Counted from the stretch's first letter, positions 46,943 to 58,701 are shown. The stretch is DNA of 64,000 nucleotides from an uncultured Gammaproteobacteria bacterium (GCA_964394645.1 CAYMYC010000001.1:274052-338051); one strand, 5' to 3'. Translations and numbers: made by a program. Notes: generated by a model from the sequence alone, not told the origin.

Positions 46943-48073
46943 ATGAGGAATACAAGAACCCTTTTTTTCCTACTGCTGGTAATTATTTTTTTAGGAAATC
47001 TCTTCTTCCGAGTTTTCTCATACCAAAAAGAATACGCAAAACATTTTGATTCTGAATATTGGAAAGATAGATATTTCGCTTCACAATGGGTTGTTTCAAA
47101 CTCTAAGAACCCGATTGGAGATGACGGGCTCTATGCGTATGTTGGGTGGGAGTATATCCACGGAGCAAATCCGACATTATTAAATGCGGAAATACCGCCG
47201 TTAGGTAAATATATTATAGGAGCAGGGGAGGTATCATTTGGAAATCAAAATATAGCGATCTTAATAATCGGTTTACTTTGTCTTCTTGTTTTTTATCTGG
47301 TAAACCTGCGTCTATTTCAGGATAAGCTGATTGCTTTTATCCCTGTATTAATTTTTTCCTTGGACCCAATCTTCTACATGCAGTTGAGGGCGCCATACCT
47401 TGATACCATATATCTACTTTTTTTGTTTTTAACCATCCTTTTTACCCTACAAAAAAAATATTTGCTTACCGCTTTCTTTTTGGGATGCTTTGCTTCTGTA
47501 AAGTTTCCCGCAGCGTCAGTTTTTTTGGTGGCACCTGTTATGTTATGGGTAGTAATTTGGGATCAGAAACATATAAAAAGATTTCTTATGAATTTACTCT
47601 TATGGCCGGCAGTGTTTATTTTATCTTATCTCCAATTTTTCTTACTTGGGGGAACATTACATGCATTCTTAGGTGTTCAGAAATGGATAATTTCTTTTTA
47701 TAGTGTGGGGGTAAAGGCATCATATGGGATCGTTTACCCCATGATTTTATTTAACTCATGGAACACCTGGTTTTCAGGAGTTCAGAAAGTATTAGAATGG
47801 ACTTTTTTTTGGCCGACCAGCTTTATTGGTTTTATTTTTTCAGCGTTTCCACTAGGAAAAATCTCGTACGAGTGCGTGTTTTTACACAAGAAAAAAGAAG
47901 TAGTTGAGGCAGACGTAAATATGGTGCTTATTTTGTTTTGGACATTATCATATATGGTATTTTTGACATTTACTCCAGTTTTCCCACGATATCTGTTGCT
48001 TTTGCTTCCATTTATGTATAATCTAACAATATGGTTTTTGGTAAGATACGTATTTCGACAATCCTCATCATAG
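46943..48073 (+). CDS. GT-C membrane glycosyltransferase
   Basis: IGDDGLY, NAEIPPLGKY, FPRYLL. Confidence 0.8.
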   Translation: MRNTRTLFFLLLVIIFLGNLFFRVFSYQKEYAKHFDSEYWKDRYFASQWVVSNSKNPIGDDGLYAYVGWEYIHGANPTLLNAEIPPLGKYIIGAGEVSFGNQNIAILIIGLLCLLVFYLVNLRLFQDKLIAFIPVLIFSLDPIFYMQLRAPYLDTIYLLFLFLTILFTLQKKYLLTAFFLGCFASVKFPAASVFLVAPVMLWVVIWDQKHIKRFLMNLLLWPAVFILSYLQFFLLGGTLHAFLGVQKWIISFYSVGVKASYGIVYPMILFNSWNTWFSGVQKVLEWTFFWPTSFIGFIFSAFPLGKISYECVFLHKKKEVVEADVNMVLILFWTLSYMVFLTFTPVFPRYLLLLLPFMYNLTIWFLVRYVFRQSSS

Positions 48074-49578
48074 TTCTTGTTGTTTGTCTCTACTTCGCAA
48101 CACGTTTAATAAATATTATGGGTCTTCCGCTTTTTACAGATGAGGCAATCTATGTTAGGTGGTCGCAAATAGCCCATCAAGATGCTGCGTGGAGGTTTAT
48201 TTCCTTAACTGATGGAAAACAACCGTTATTTATCTGGATTGCAATGAATATTATGCGTAGAATTGCTGACCCACTTCTTGCGACCAGACTTGTTTCAGTT
48301 TTTGCAGGCTTTGTAACCCTTATTGGTATTACTCTTTTAACGCTTGAGATTTTTAAGAAAAAGAGGAGTGGAGAGATCGTGAATCAAATATTTGGTCATC
48401 TTTTTGAGAATAAGCGAATAGGACTTATCGTGGCAGTTTTATATGTGTTGTACCCCTTTGCGCTTGTGTATGATAGGATGGCACTTTACGATTCATTGGT
48501 CGCGTGTGTAATGGTATGGGCATTGTATATTGAGGTGCTCCTTGTCCGTTATATAAGGCTTGATTTGGCTATGATACTAGGAGTGGTTATGGGAAGTGCA
48601 GTCTTGACAAAAACCTCTGGCTTTTTTTCAATATATCTTCTTCCTTTCTCGCTTCTTATTTTTGATTTTAAAAAAATTGGATGGAGAAAAAAAATAATAG
48701 AATGGATTGCTCTTGCAGCTGTTGCAACCGCAGTTGCATACCTTATATATATGGTGCTTCGGCTTTCCCCATTTTTCTATATAGTTGACGAAAAGAATGC
48801 ATTATTTGTATACCCGTTTGCTGAGTGGATAAAACATCCCTTCACATATGCTATTGGTAATTTTAAGGGATTGACAGATTGGCTACTTGCCTACATATCA
48901 CTTCCAATATTATTTCTTTTTCTTTTATCTTTTTTCTTGGGGAAGAAGTATTTTATGGAAAAATTACTTCTGCTCGCCTGGTTTGCAGCTCCATTTATAG
49001 CACTTGGTGTTTTTGGCAAGCTTGTGTATCCAAGATTTATTTTATTTATGACAATGCCTATACTTGTTTTATCGGCATATTCAATAAATTTTTTATTTGA
49101 AAAAATAAAAAATAAACTATTCTTTTTTGCATTTTTCATAGCTGTAGTCTCCTTTTTTATCTACTCAGACTATTTTATTATTACAGACCTGTCTCGTGCT
49201 CCGATTGCAAACCCTGATCTTGGGCAGTATATTAATTCGTGGCCAGCCGGGGGAGGAGTAAGGGAGATGGTTTCTTTTTTTGACCAGGAATCAAAGAAGG
49301 GAAAAATCTATGTTGCGACCCAGGGAACATTTGGAAGCTTGCCAACCTATGCGCTTGAAATTTATCTAAATGAAAATAAAAATATTGAAAAGAGGGGAAT
49401 ATACCCTCTTCCCTCAGATATACCTAGCGACTTGAGAAGTAAAGCATTAAAAATGAACGTATATATTGTATTTAATGATTCAGAGGAAGCGCCTTCTTCG
49501 TGGCCACTCACACTTGTAGCTAAATATCAAAAAGGAATTGGTGACAGACATTTAAGTATTTATAAAGTAAATCCGTGA
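48031..49578 (+). CDS. GT-C (GT39/ArnT-like) glycosyltransferase
   Basis: PLFTDEAIY, DGKQPLF, DRMALYDS. Confidence 0.85.
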   Translation: MVFGKIRISTILIIVLVVCLYFATRLINIMGLPLFTDEAIYVRWSQIAHQDAAWRFISLTDGKQPLFIWIAMNIMRRIADPLLATRLVSVFAGFVTLIGITLLTLEIFKKKRSGEIVNQIFGHLFENKRIGLIVAVLYVLYPFALVYDRMALYDSLVACVMVWALYIEVLLVRYIRLDLAMILGVVMGSAVLTKTSGFFSIYLLPFSLLIFDFKKIGWRKKIIEWIALAAVATAVAYLIYMVLRLSPFFYIVDEKNALFVYPFAEWIKHPFTYAIGNFKGLTDWLLAYISLPILFLFLLSFFLGKKYFMEKLLLLAWFAAPFIALGVFGKLVYPRFILFMTMPILVLSAYSINFLFEKIKNKLFFFAFFIAVVSFFIYSDYFIITDLSRAPIANPDLGQYINSWPAGGGVREMVSFFDQESKKGKIYVATQGTFGSLPTYALEIYLNENKNIEKRGIYPLPSDIPSDLRSKALKMNVYIVFNDSEEAPSSWPLTLVAKYQKGIGDRHLSIYKVNP

Positions 49579-51938
49579 GTAAGATTATTAAGAAATTATT
49601 TATCCCGTGTGTTTTGATTCTTATACCTCTGCTGTTTTTTTACAAAACAGTTATATTTCAAAAAGTTCCTTTTCCAGGAGACTTACTAGTTGGAAATTAC
49701 GAACCATATAAGTCAAACCCTAGTATTGGAGTAGTCCCTCATAAGGGACAAGGTGCAGATGTTGTAAGGGAACTATATCCATGGAAATTTTATACGATTG
49801 ACAGTTTAAAAAGTGGTTTCTTTCCTTTTTGGAACCCATATACATTCTCAGGTAATCCCCACTTTGCCAATCTTCAGTCTGGGGTGTTATATCCTGTCAA
49901 TATTATATTTTTTATCTTTCCATATATTTCTGCGTGGTCCATATATATTATTTTACAATTTGTGTTTCTTATGTTCTTTACGTATTTATTTTTAAGACAG
50001 ATTAACTTATCAAAAGTTGCTAGTCTATTTGGGGCGATTGCCTTTTCCTTTTCAGGGTTTGTTACTGTTTGGGCTTGGTATGGAAATCTTGGTCATGCCT
50101 TAGCATTTCTTCCCCTTGTTTTTTATTTTATAGAAAAGATTTACAAACAGCCCAAATGGTATTTTTTCCCTCTTTTAATAATTGCGCTAGTATTTTCTAT
50201 TTTCGCAGGATACATACAGTATGTTATGTATATATATTTACTTTCGCTTGCATACATATTTTCGCGATTCGTAACACAAAAGAAAAAAAACATAAAACTT
50301 TTACTACTGCTTATATCTTGTTTTCTATTGGCCGGTCTACTTGCTGCGGTGCAACTTCTTCCAGTATTTGAGTTGGTAAGTAACTCACTTCGGTCAACAT
50401 ATTCTTATCAAGTCCTTCTTGAGAGATTAATGCCCCCAGAGAGTATGGTTACGTTACTTGTGCCAGACTTTTTTGGAAATCCTGCTACTATGAATTATTT
50501 TCTTCGTGGTGGGTCAAGTCTTGAGCGGGCAAGCTCCATTGGGGTTTGGCCACTTATCTTTGTAGTAGTTGCGCTGTTTAGCAAGAAAACATTTTTTAGA
50601 AATTATTTTACAGTATCTTCACTTGTGATTTACATATCAGTTTTATCAATTTTTCCGATAGCATATTTTCACAGCATAGGGATTCCCTTTTTATCTACAG
50701 GAATACCAACAAGGGCATTATCTATTTTTTGTTTTTGCATGGCAGTTTTAAGCGCAATAGGATTGAATGCTTTCATAAAAGATGAAATAAGTAAAAAAAC
50801 TTTCGTTAAAATACTCATATTCTTTATGGTTGTCTTTGCCGGATTATGGATTGTTGCATTTGTTAATTCCGATCCACATATGCTTATCTCAAGGCGGAAT
50901 TTAATTCTTCCTACTTTTATATTTACAATAGGATCTATCACATTTTTACTAAAAATCAAAAAAAATAAACTTGCAGTATTGCTTATCTTATTAACACTTG
51001 CAGAACTGTTTTATTATTTTCAAAAATTTAATTCATTTGTCCCCGCATCATACATGTATCCATCTTCAGAAATAACTGAGAAATTAAGGTCTATACAGGG
51101 TCTAGATAGATTTTGGGGGTATGGAAATGCAAATATTGACTCAAACTTTCAACTTATTGAGAAAAACTATACAACAGCAGGGTATGATGCAATTTTTAGC
51201 AAGAGATATGGTGAGTTTACCGCTGCATCAAGTGAGGGGAAGATTCCACTGGAGGTTCCGCGTTCCGTAGCAGATATTATTGGAGGTTACGGAGTTAATG
51301 ACTTGAAGCAAAACCCATACAGGAAACGAGCATTAGACATAACAGGTGTAAAGTACATACTAAACAAAAAGGGAGATAAAGGCTTAGATAGTGCTTTTGA
51401 CACAGAAAAGTATGATCTGATCTGGGAAAATGGCGGGTGGCAGATATATCTTAATAAAGACGCAGTGCCCCGGGTGAATTTAGTTGGTGATTATAAGGCA
51501 ATAGAGAATAAAGATGAAATAATAAAAAATTTATATAATCTGAAGTTAAATCCTAAGGAAACTGTTATTTTAGAAGAAAAGCTAAATGGAAAAAATATAA
51601 AAAAAGATTCTGCTGCAAAAGTTACTATTAAAAAATATCACCCGAATTTTATGTCAGTTAATACTGAATCTAAGAATGATCAAATACTGTTTATTTCTGA
51701 TAATTATTTCCCTGGATGGCATGCATTAGTGGATGGTGTAGAGCAACCTATTTTAAGAGCAAATTATACTTTCAGGGCAGTTCCGTTAGAAGCAGGAAAG
51801 CACTCAGTCTATATATATTACTTTCCTGACTCATTCAAATTGGGTCTTATTATAAGTATTTCTTCGTTTCTGTGTTTGATATTAGGATGCCTCTTTGTTA
51901 CGATAACTAAGCGAAGCGGTAGAGTAAAGAAAAAATGA
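49575..51938 (+). CDS. YfhO-family GT-C membrane protein
   Basis: PFWNPYTFSGNP, C-terminal NYFPGWHALVDG...RAVPLEAGKH. Confidence 0.85.
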   Translation: MSKIIKKLFIPCVLILIPLLFFYKTVIFQKVPFPGDLLVGNYEPYKSNPSIGVVPHKGQGADVVRELYPWKFYTIDSLKSGFFPFWNPYTFSGNPHFANLQSGVLYPVNIIFFIFPYISAWSIYIILQFVFLMFFTYLFLRQINLSKVASLFGAIAFSFSGFVTVWAWYGNLGHALAFLPLVFYFIEKIYKQPKWYFFPLLIIALVFSIFAGYIQYVMYIYLLSLAYIFSRFVTQKKKNIKLLLLLISCFLLAGLLAAVQLLPVFELVSNSLRSTYSYQVLLERLMPPESMVTLLVPDFFGNPATMNYFLRGGSSLERASSIGVWPLIFVVVALFSKKTFFRNYFTVSSLVIYISVLSIFPIAYFHSIGIPFLSTGIPTRALSIFCFCMAVLSAIGLNAFIKDEISKKTFVKILIFFMVVFAGLWIVAFVNSDPHMLISRRNLILPTFIFTIGSITFLLKIKKNKLAVLLILLTLAELFYYFQKFNSFVPASYMYPSSEITEKLRSIQGLDRFWGYGNANIDSNFQLIEKNYTTAGYDAIFSKRYGEFTAASSEGKIPLEVPRSVADIIGGYGVNDLKQNPYRKRALDITGVKYILNKKGDKGLDSAFDTEKYDLIWENGGWQIYLNKDAVPRVNLVGDYKAIENKDEIIKNLYNLKLNPKETVILEEKLNGKNIKKDSAAKVTIKKYHPNFMSVNTESKNDQILFISDNYFPGWHALVDGVEQPILRANYTFRAVPLEAGKHSVYIYYFPDSFKLGLIISISSFLCLILGCLFVTITKRSGRVKKK

Positions 51939-53611
51939 AGATGTTTAAAAAAAATTGGATAACATTTAGTATTCTTGTCGGAATATTTTTATGTGCACTT
52001 TTAATAAGATTAGTAAATCTTTCAGAATTTCCAGTTGGATTTCAAATAGATGAAGCGTCGCTTGGGTATAATTCATATTCTCTTTTAATGACAGGAAGAT
52101 CTGAGAGTGGAGATTTTCTCCCTTTATATGTTGATACTTTTGGCGACTACAATCCGATAGGTTATGACTATCTTGCAATTCCTTCAATTGCAATTTTTGG
52201 ATTGAATGAATTTTCTACAAGACTTCCTGCGGCGATATTTGGTTCAATCTCTATTTTCTCAATTTACTATTTATCCTATGTTCTATTTAAGAATAAAAAA
52301 ATAAGTGTATTGTCTGCATTTTTAATTGCTGTGTCACCCTGGCATATCGGGTTATCCAGAGGCAGCGCTGAAACATTAGTAGCATTATTCTTTGTCATAA
52401 CAGGTTTTGCTTTTGTTTTTTCATTTTTTAATAAATATAAAAAAAGCAGCTTGATAATAGGAGTAATTTTTCTTATAGTCAGTTTTTTGATGTACCCGGC
52501 ACCAAGAATTTTTGTTCCAACCATGTTTATTGCTGTATTGGTGTATTACTTTAACGTATGGTATTTGAAGAAAAAATATGTTGTTAGCTTAATTTTAGGT
52601 TTTTTAATTTTAATTATTACTCTCTTTGTTTTAATATTCTCTGTTCCTGGAGGAACTTCGCGTTTTCAACAAACAAGTATATTTAACTTTCCAGAAACAA
52701 GATTAGTACTTGAGGAGCAAATTCGTGAAGATGGTGTAAATGGAACTAATAATATTCTTACAAGAGGATATCACAATAAGATTATTAATTTTTCACTTAC
52801 ATTTGTATCAAATTACATGGAGTATTTTAACGGCTCATATCTTTTTATTAAAGGAGGTCTGCCACTGTTATTTACTGTTCCAGGTATGGGTCTTGTATAT
52901 ATAGTAGAGCTTCCATTTATATTAATGGGTATTTATGTACTTATAAAAGCTAAAGATAAGAATAGTAAGATACCATTAATATGGTTGGTTATCGCGCCAA
53001 TTGTTGCAGCTGTAACAGTTGATGATACTCCGAACGTGAGAAGATCCTTATTAATGGTTCCTGCAATTGAAATTATAGCATCAGTCGGGATAATATCTTT
53101 TTTTAATTATTTCAGAAATCGTAATTTTAAAGTTAATACTATCAATATTAAGCATATTATTATAGGAATTGTTGTGTTGTTTTTTATAGGAAATATAATG
53201 TATTTTTTACATCAATATTTTGTTCACGCCAAGCACCATAGAACCTGGTATAGAAATAATGGATTTTCTGAGCTGATGAGTGTAGTAAATATGAATTATG
53301 AACATTACAATAGGATAGTAGCTACGAAATCAGGCGGAGGCTATCCCTTATTTTTATTTTTTTCCAAATATGATCCTAAGGTGTATCAAAATGAAGGCTC
53401 ACCGAAGGATGAGGACAATAGAGGATTTGGTAAATACATTTTTGTTCCCAGTGAATGTCCGTCGATTGACGCAGACACAAGTTTGGCAACTGAAACAAAA
53501 ACATTATACATAGATCGTGGTACCTGTAGTAGACCATCTTCAAAATTAGGTAGAAAATTTAAAGAAATATATAGGGAGGATGGTTCTTTAGGTTTTAGGA
53601 TCATATATTAA
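51935..53611 (+). CDS. GT-C (GT39/ArnT-like) glycosyltransferase
   Basis: DEASLGYNSYSL, FGLNEFSTRLP, SPWH...SR. Confidence 0.85.
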   Translation: MKMFKKNWITFSILVGIFLCALLIRLVNLSEFPVGFQIDEASLGYNSYSLLMTGRSESGDFLPLYVDTFGDYNPIGYDYLAIPSIAIFGLNEFSTRLPAAIFGSISIFSIYYLSYVLFKNKKISVLSAFLIAVSPWHIGLSRGSAETLVALFFVITGFAFVFSFFNKYKKSSLIIGVIFLIVSFLMYPAPRIFVPTMFIAVLVYYFNVWYLKKKYVVSLILGFLILIITLFVLIFSVPGGTSRFQQTSIFNFPETRLVLEEQIREDGVNGTNNILTRGYHNKIINFSLTFVSNYMEYFNGSYLFIKGGLPLLFTVPGMGLVYIVELPFILMGIYVLIKAKDKNSKIPLIWLVIAPIVAAVTVDDTPNVRRSLLMVPAIEIIASVGIISFFNYFRNRNFKVNTINIKHIIIGIVVLFFIGNIMYFLHQYFVHAKHHRTWYRNNGFSELMSVVNMNYEHYNRIVATKSGGGYPLFLFFSKYDPKVYQNEGSPKDEDNRGFGKYIFVPSECPSIDADTSLATETKTLYIDRGTCSRPSSKLGRKFKEIYREDGSLGFRIIY

Positions 53612-53620
53612 TATTCATAC

Positions 53621-55321
53621 ATGCACATGCACACATTTATAAATAAACATCGGTATATCTTGCTTGTACTAATTTTTATTGTAGGGCTATTTCTTCGTTT
53701 TTTTCTTCTCGGAGGTAATCCCCCTAGTTTAAACTGGGATGAGGCATCAACGGGATATAATGCATTTTCAATTTTAAAAACAGGGAAAGATGAGTATGGA
53801 AATTTTCTTCCATTATCAATCCGCTCATTTGATGATTATAAGCCACCCCTTTATACATACTTGGACGTACCGTTTGTGGGGATATTCGGATTAACTGACT
53901 TTGCAGTAAGGCTCCCCTCCGCCATATTAGGAACTTTAACAATACTTGTAATCTATTTTCTAGTATTAGAATTTTTCCCAAAGATAGGACAGAAACAGGA
54001 AGTATTTTCTGAAAATCGTTTTCAACAAGAAATAGCTCTGCTATCTGCATTTTTTTTTGCTATCAGTCCATGGAGCTTACAATTTTCCCGCGCAGCATAT
54101 GAAGGAAATATTGGATTATTTTTCTTGCTTTCAGGTGTGTTATTTTTTCTAAAATCTGAAAATAAGCATTTATATTTACTTTTTTCATCTGCCTCTTTTA
54201 TCTGTGCATTATATTCGTATCACAGTTTCAGATTAGTGGTTCCATTATTAATTTTAGTAATGGTTGCTCTTTTTTACCCATACCTTTTAAAAGCAAAAAA
54301 AACCGCTATTGTTTCGTTAGTAATTCTTATACTGTTTGCAGCTCCAATTTATTCAAGTTTTCTCGCATCAGGAAGCGGAACTGGTAGTAGGCTATCAATG
54401 GTAACCATTTTTGGCTCGTCTGATAATCTGGACGCATCAATTCGCGAACTTGAATATGATAAGGATCACGGGGATTTTATTGGCGAAGTATTTCATAACA
54501 GACGGGTAGTATACTTTTTATCTGCAACAAAAGGATATTTAGATCATTATAATCCTGATTTTTTATTTTTGAATGGGGATGGGGGTAGACAACACCATGC
54601 GGTTAAATTTGGAATGATGTATCTTTTTGATCTTCTCTTAATCATAATGGGCATTGTAGTTCTTACAAGAAGAATTACAAGAAAAAAAATTTTACTTTGT
54701 ATCATGCTAGTACTTGCTCCTTTGCCGTCAGCAATTACCACCGGGACTCCTCATCCGGTTCGTGCCATTGCAATGCTGCCGGAGCTTTTAATACTTGCAG
54801 GCGTTGGCGCAGCATTTCTTATATTTGAAATATCAAGGATTCAATACAAGATATTAGGTTTGAAGTTGATGTATTTGGTATTCTCATTTCTTTTAATATT
54901 ATTTTCTGTTAATGTAGCGTACTATTTTCATCAATATTACATACATACACCAGTCGAGTATGGAGATTTTTGGCAATCTGGATATAAAGAAGTATTTGAA
55001 ATTGCATCAAAAAATGAACAAAGGTATAAAAAAATAATAATTACTTATAAATACGATCAGCCATATATATATTATCTTTATTACAATAAAATAGACCCAA
55101 TCTGGTATCACAAAAATTGGAACTTTACAAAAAATGGAGAAATGCCAAGATTTGAGCGTAGAATAGGACAATACATATTTAGAAATATTAATCTTGGTGA
55201 GGAGAGAAAAATAAATAACTCCTTGCTTTTTGGAACCCCTGATGAAATACCCTACAACGAGGCGTTTAAGGAAGTTAAATTTTTAAATGGTGAAACTGCA
55301 TTTAGAATTACAAAAACATGA
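53621..55321 (+). CDS. GT-C (GT39/ArnT-like) glycosyltransferase, paralog of the previous gene
   Basis: WDEASTGYNAFSILKTGKDEYG, DYKPPLY, VRLPSA. Confidence 0.85.
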   Translation: MHMHTFINKHRYILLVLIFIVGLFLRFFLLGGNPPSLNWDEASTGYNAFSILKTGKDEYGNFLPLSIRSFDDYKPPLYTYLDVPFVGIFGLTDFAVRLPSAILGTLTILVIYFLVLEFFPKIGQKQEVFSENRFQQEIALLSAFFFAISPWSLQFSRAAYEGNIGLFFLLSGVLFFLKSENKHLYLLFSSASFICALYSYHSFRLVVPLLILVMVALFYPYLLKAKKTAIVSLVILILFAAPIYSSFLASGSGTGSRLSMVTIFGSSDNLDASIRELEYDKDHGDFIGEVFHNRRVVYFLSATKGYLDHYNPDFLFLNGDGGRQHHAVKFGMMYLFDLLLIIMGIVVLTRRITRKKILLCIMLVLAPLPSAITTGTPHPVRAIAMLPELLILAGVGAAFLIFEISRIQYKILGLKLMYLVFSFLLILFSVNVAYYFHQYYIHTPVEYGDFWQSGYKEVFEIASKNEQRYKKIIITYKYDQPYIYYLYYNKIDPIWYHKNWNFTKNGEMPRFERRIGQYIFRNINLGEERKINNSLLFGTPDEIPYNEAFKEVKFLNGETAFRITKT

Positions 55322-56949
55322 AAAATTTTTTTATGCGACATGCAACGCTTCTTTTTATAATTTTAGGATTATTAATTTGTTTTTATCTTACGCTTCCGTA
55401 TTTTCATGAGGGATATTTTCCCACACATGATGGAGAATGGGCAGTGGTAAGAGCTGGCGAAATGTTCAGAGAAATACGTGAATATCAGTTCCCTCCAAGA
55501 TATAGCGGTGTTTTGAATTTCGGATATGGATACCCACTCTTTAACTTTGCTTATCCCTTCCCATACTATATTTCAACGATCTTACATGCGGCACATTTTG
55601 GCTTTGTAGATAGTGTTAAAATAATTTTTGCTTCAAGTGTATTTATTTCTTTTCTCGGAATGTTTATGGTATCTCGTGCATTCTGGAAGAGTTCTGCTGC
55701 TGGTTTTTTAAGTGGAATTTTTTATCTCCTGCTTCCTTATCATTTAGTTGATCTTTATGTGAGGGGTTCAATAGGTGAGTCGATTGCTTTTGCACTTTTC
55801 CCACTTATTTTGCTGACCTGCCTAGGAATCTTATACAAAAAACATATTAACTTATCATATCTTTTACTATGCCTTTTGTCAGGAGTATTAATATTAAACC
55901 ATAATATTTCAGCTGTGTATTTTGGAATAATATTTGTGTTCTATGTGGTAGCAATCTTTTTTGCTGGAAGACATAAGGAGGCGCTTCTAACTACTACTGG
56001 TTTTGTTTTGGGAGTTTTCATGTCAGCATTTTTCTTTGTGCCTGCTCTTTTAGAAAAGAAATATATTAAACTTTCAAAAATTCCGATTGCCGATAGGAAT
56101 TTATATTTTGTTACCTTGCAAAAGTTGATAGTTCCAGCGTGGGGATATGGAGCTCCTACTGATGCGAATCCGTTTACCTATCAAATAGGTATTCCCCAGC
56201 TCGTAGGTTTCATTTCTTCAATTTTTATTGTTAAAAAACTTAAATCAGTAGAGCAATTTATTACGTATTCATTTTTTATTCTTACTCTATTGTTTATTCT
56301 GATGATGTTTCCATTTATGTCTTTTATATGGAAGTTACCGCTTCTTTCAGAGATTAATTATCCCTGGACACTTCTGTTGCCGATAGGCTTTCTTGCGTCG
56401 TTTTTGTCAGGTTCTATTATTAGGATAAAATATAAAAAAATTATTGTTCCGTTTTTAATATTATTAGCAATTGTTTTATACGGTTTCTATGCAAGACCGC
56501 AGGAATACATAAATAAAGGGGATTTGTATTATCTTACCAATCATGCAACAACAACCTCATCAAACGAACTAATGCCCTTATGGGTGAAAGATGAGCCAAT
56601 AGATATGTTTAAGAAAAAAATTGAGGCGAAAGGTGAAATATCTTCACTTACATATAACTCCAGGTGGATTGAATTTATCATTTCGTCAAATATATCACAG
56701 AGAATAGTTATTAATCAGATATATTATCCTGGATGGAATGCAAAAATTAATGAACGTAGTGCAAGAATTTACTATAATAATAAAAGTGGCTTAATTAACC
56801 TTGAGATTCCTAAAGGGAAGAACAGGGTCAGGTTATCTTTTTCAGAAACACCTTTGAGAAGATGGATGAATATTCTATCTCTTGTCGCATTTTTACTCTT
56901 ATTTTTTGTGTTAATCATAGTGAAATTTAACAAGCACACTAAAAAGTAA
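55318..56949 (+). CDS. YfhO/PTPS-related GT-C membrane protein
   Basis: THDGEW, LNFGYGYPLFNF, DLYVRG, YYPGW. Confidence 0.82.
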   Translation: MKNFFMRHATLLFIILGLLICFYLTLPYFHEGYFPTHDGEWAVVRAGEMFREIREYQFPPRYSGVLNFGYGYPLFNFAYPFPYYISTILHAAHFGFVDSVKIIFASSVFISFLGMFMVSRAFWKSSAAGFLSGIFYLLLPYHLVDLYVRGSIGESIAFALFPLILLTCLGILYKKHINLSYLLLCLLSGVLILNHNISAVYFGIIFVFYVVAIFFAGRHKEALLTTTGFVLGVFMSAFFFVPALLEKKYIKLSKIPIADRNLYFVTLQKLIVPAWGYGAPTDANPFTYQIGIPQLVGFISSIFIVKKLKSVEQFITYSFFILTLLFILMMFPFMSFIWKLPLLSEINYPWTLLLPIGFLASFLSGSIIRIKYKKIIVPFLILLAIVLYGFYARPQEYINKGDLYYLTNHATTTSSNELMPLWVKDEPIDMFKKKIEAKGEISSLTYNSRWIEFIISSNISQRIVINQIYYPGWNAKINERSARIYYNNKSGLINLEIPKGKNRVRLSFSETPLRRWMNILSLVAFLLLFFVLIIVKFNKHTKK

Positions 56950-56955
56950 AAACAT

Positions 56956-58701
56956 ATGAGGAAACAAAAAAAGATATTTACAGAGCTACTGCCAGCGTTA
57001 CTCGTTATCGGGTTGTGTATATTTTCTATTTTACCCCTCTTTCATCCTGGTTTTTTTACAATGCATGATGATGAGCAGATCGCGCGACTATATGATTTAT
57101 CTAGGGCAATTCAGGGAGGCGAATTTCCGCCCAGAATATCACCAAACTTAGGATTTGGTTATGGGTATCCGTTTTTTAATTTTTACCCTTCATTTGCATA
57201 TTATGTGGGTGGACTTTTTTATCTTATTGGGTTTTCACTCATCACATCTACAAAGCTTATGATTGCTACATCCCTTGTTTTATCAGCAATATTTATGTAC
57301 ATTCTTGTAAAAGAAATATTTGGGAAAAATGCAGGTATTGTATCTGGTGTTGCGTACACATACGCATCGTACCATGCGGTAGATGTATATGTTAGGGGTG
57401 CATTTGCTGAATCATTTTCATTTGTATTTATTCCTCTCTTATTTTTTGCATGTTACAAGTTGGCTATTACCTTAAAATATAGATACGTTCTCATAGGAGC
57501 ATCGGCAGTTGCAGGATTAGTATTGAGTCATAATTTGGTAGCTCTTATGAGTTTTCCCTTTATTGCTATTTGGCTTTTATATCTTTTGTATATCTCCAAG
57601 AGAAAGAAAATTTTTATACTATTTTCAGTTCTTTTATTTTTCCTTGGACTTGGACTGTCTTCATACTTTTGGTTGCCGTCTTATTTTGAGAGAAATAATA
57701 CTTTAGTAAACATACTCACATCAGAGCTCGCAAATTATAGTTTACACTTTGTTTGTACATATCAATTATGGGATTCTATGTGGGGATTTGGTGGTTCTAT
57801 TCCTAGTTGTTTTGATGGTATCTCCTTTGAGATTGGGAAAGTGGTTATTGTATTGTCAATTTTTTCAACAGCCTTTTCCATAATTGGATTATATCTTGAA
57901 AGACGAAAAAGAAGCAGGAGAGTTACTCAGATGTTATATGTTCTCATATTTTTCATTATGTTTCTTCTAAGCGTATTTCTAATGGTGAAGTTCTCGCGAC
58001 CTATATGGGATTTAATTGTCCCTTTGTGGTATGTGCAGTTTCCATGGCGTTTTTTATTGTTTGCTTCGTTTTTTTCATCAATTTTAGCAGGAAGCGTACT
58101 TATATTTATAAAGAACCAAAAGATTCAAGTAGGCATTGGGTTTGCTATCATTATGATTATTATTATGGCTAATTTATCGAGGTTTACTCCTGACCGTTTT
58201 TTTAATGCAGATGATAATTACTATACAAATTTTGAAAAGATAAGGTGGGAGACAAGTAGCCTTGCGTATGAGTATGTACCGAAAGGAGTAAGGACAAAAA
58301 AATCAGACATTGGGACAACACTTATTGATATTAATAAAAACGAAATTGCTTCCCGCTCAGCAGAAGTAAAAAAAGGAGAAATTTTCTATAAAGAACTTGC
58401 AAATAAAACATATTATAAAAAATTTGATGTAAACGCTTTAACTCCTGGAGTATTACAGGTAAATACATATTCATTTCCAGGTTGGAAGGTGTTTGTGGAC
58501 GGAGTGGAAATTGAATACAGAGATGATAATAAGCTAAAACTGATTCAAATTGATCTTAAGAGTGGGAAATATATCCTTGAAGCTCGGTTCGTGAATACAC
58601 AAGTAAGAACTATTGGAAATTCTATATCGGGAATTAGTATAATAGTACTAGTTGGCAGTGGAATATTTATGATGTACAGAAAAAAATATGACAAAACTTA
58701 A
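56956..58701 (+). CDS. YfhO/PTPS-related GT-C membrane protein
   Basis: MHDDEQ, LGFGYGYPFFNFY, DVYVRG, QFPWRF, FPGW. Confidence 0.82.
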   Translation: MRKQKKIFTELLPALLVIGLCIFSILPLFHPGFFTMHDDEQIARLYDLSRAIQGGEFPPRISPNLGFGYGYPFFNFYPSFAYYVGGLFYLIGFSLITSTKLMIATSLVLSAIFMYILVKEIFGKNAGIVSGVAYTYASYHAVDVYVRGAFAESFSFVFIPLLFFACYKLAITLKYRYVLIGASAVAGLVLSHNLVALMSFPFIAIWLLYLLYISKRKKIFILFSVLLFFLGLGLSSYFWLPSYFERNNTLVNILTSELANYSLHFVCTYQLWDSMWGFGGSIPSCFDGISFEIGKVVIVLSIFSTAFSIIGLYLERRKRSRRVTQMLYVLIFFIMFLLSVFLMVKFSRPIWDLIVPLWYVQFPWRFLLFASFFSSILAGSVLIFIKNQKIQVGIGFAIIMIIIMANLSRFTPDRFFNADDNYYTNFEKIRWETSSLAYEYVPKGVRTKKSDIGTTLIDINKNEIASRSAEVKKGEIFYKELANKTYYKKFDVNALTPGVLQVNTYSFPGWKVFVDGVEIEYRDDNKLKLIQIDLKSGKYILEARFVNTQVRTIGNSISGISIIVLVGSGIFMMYRKKYDKT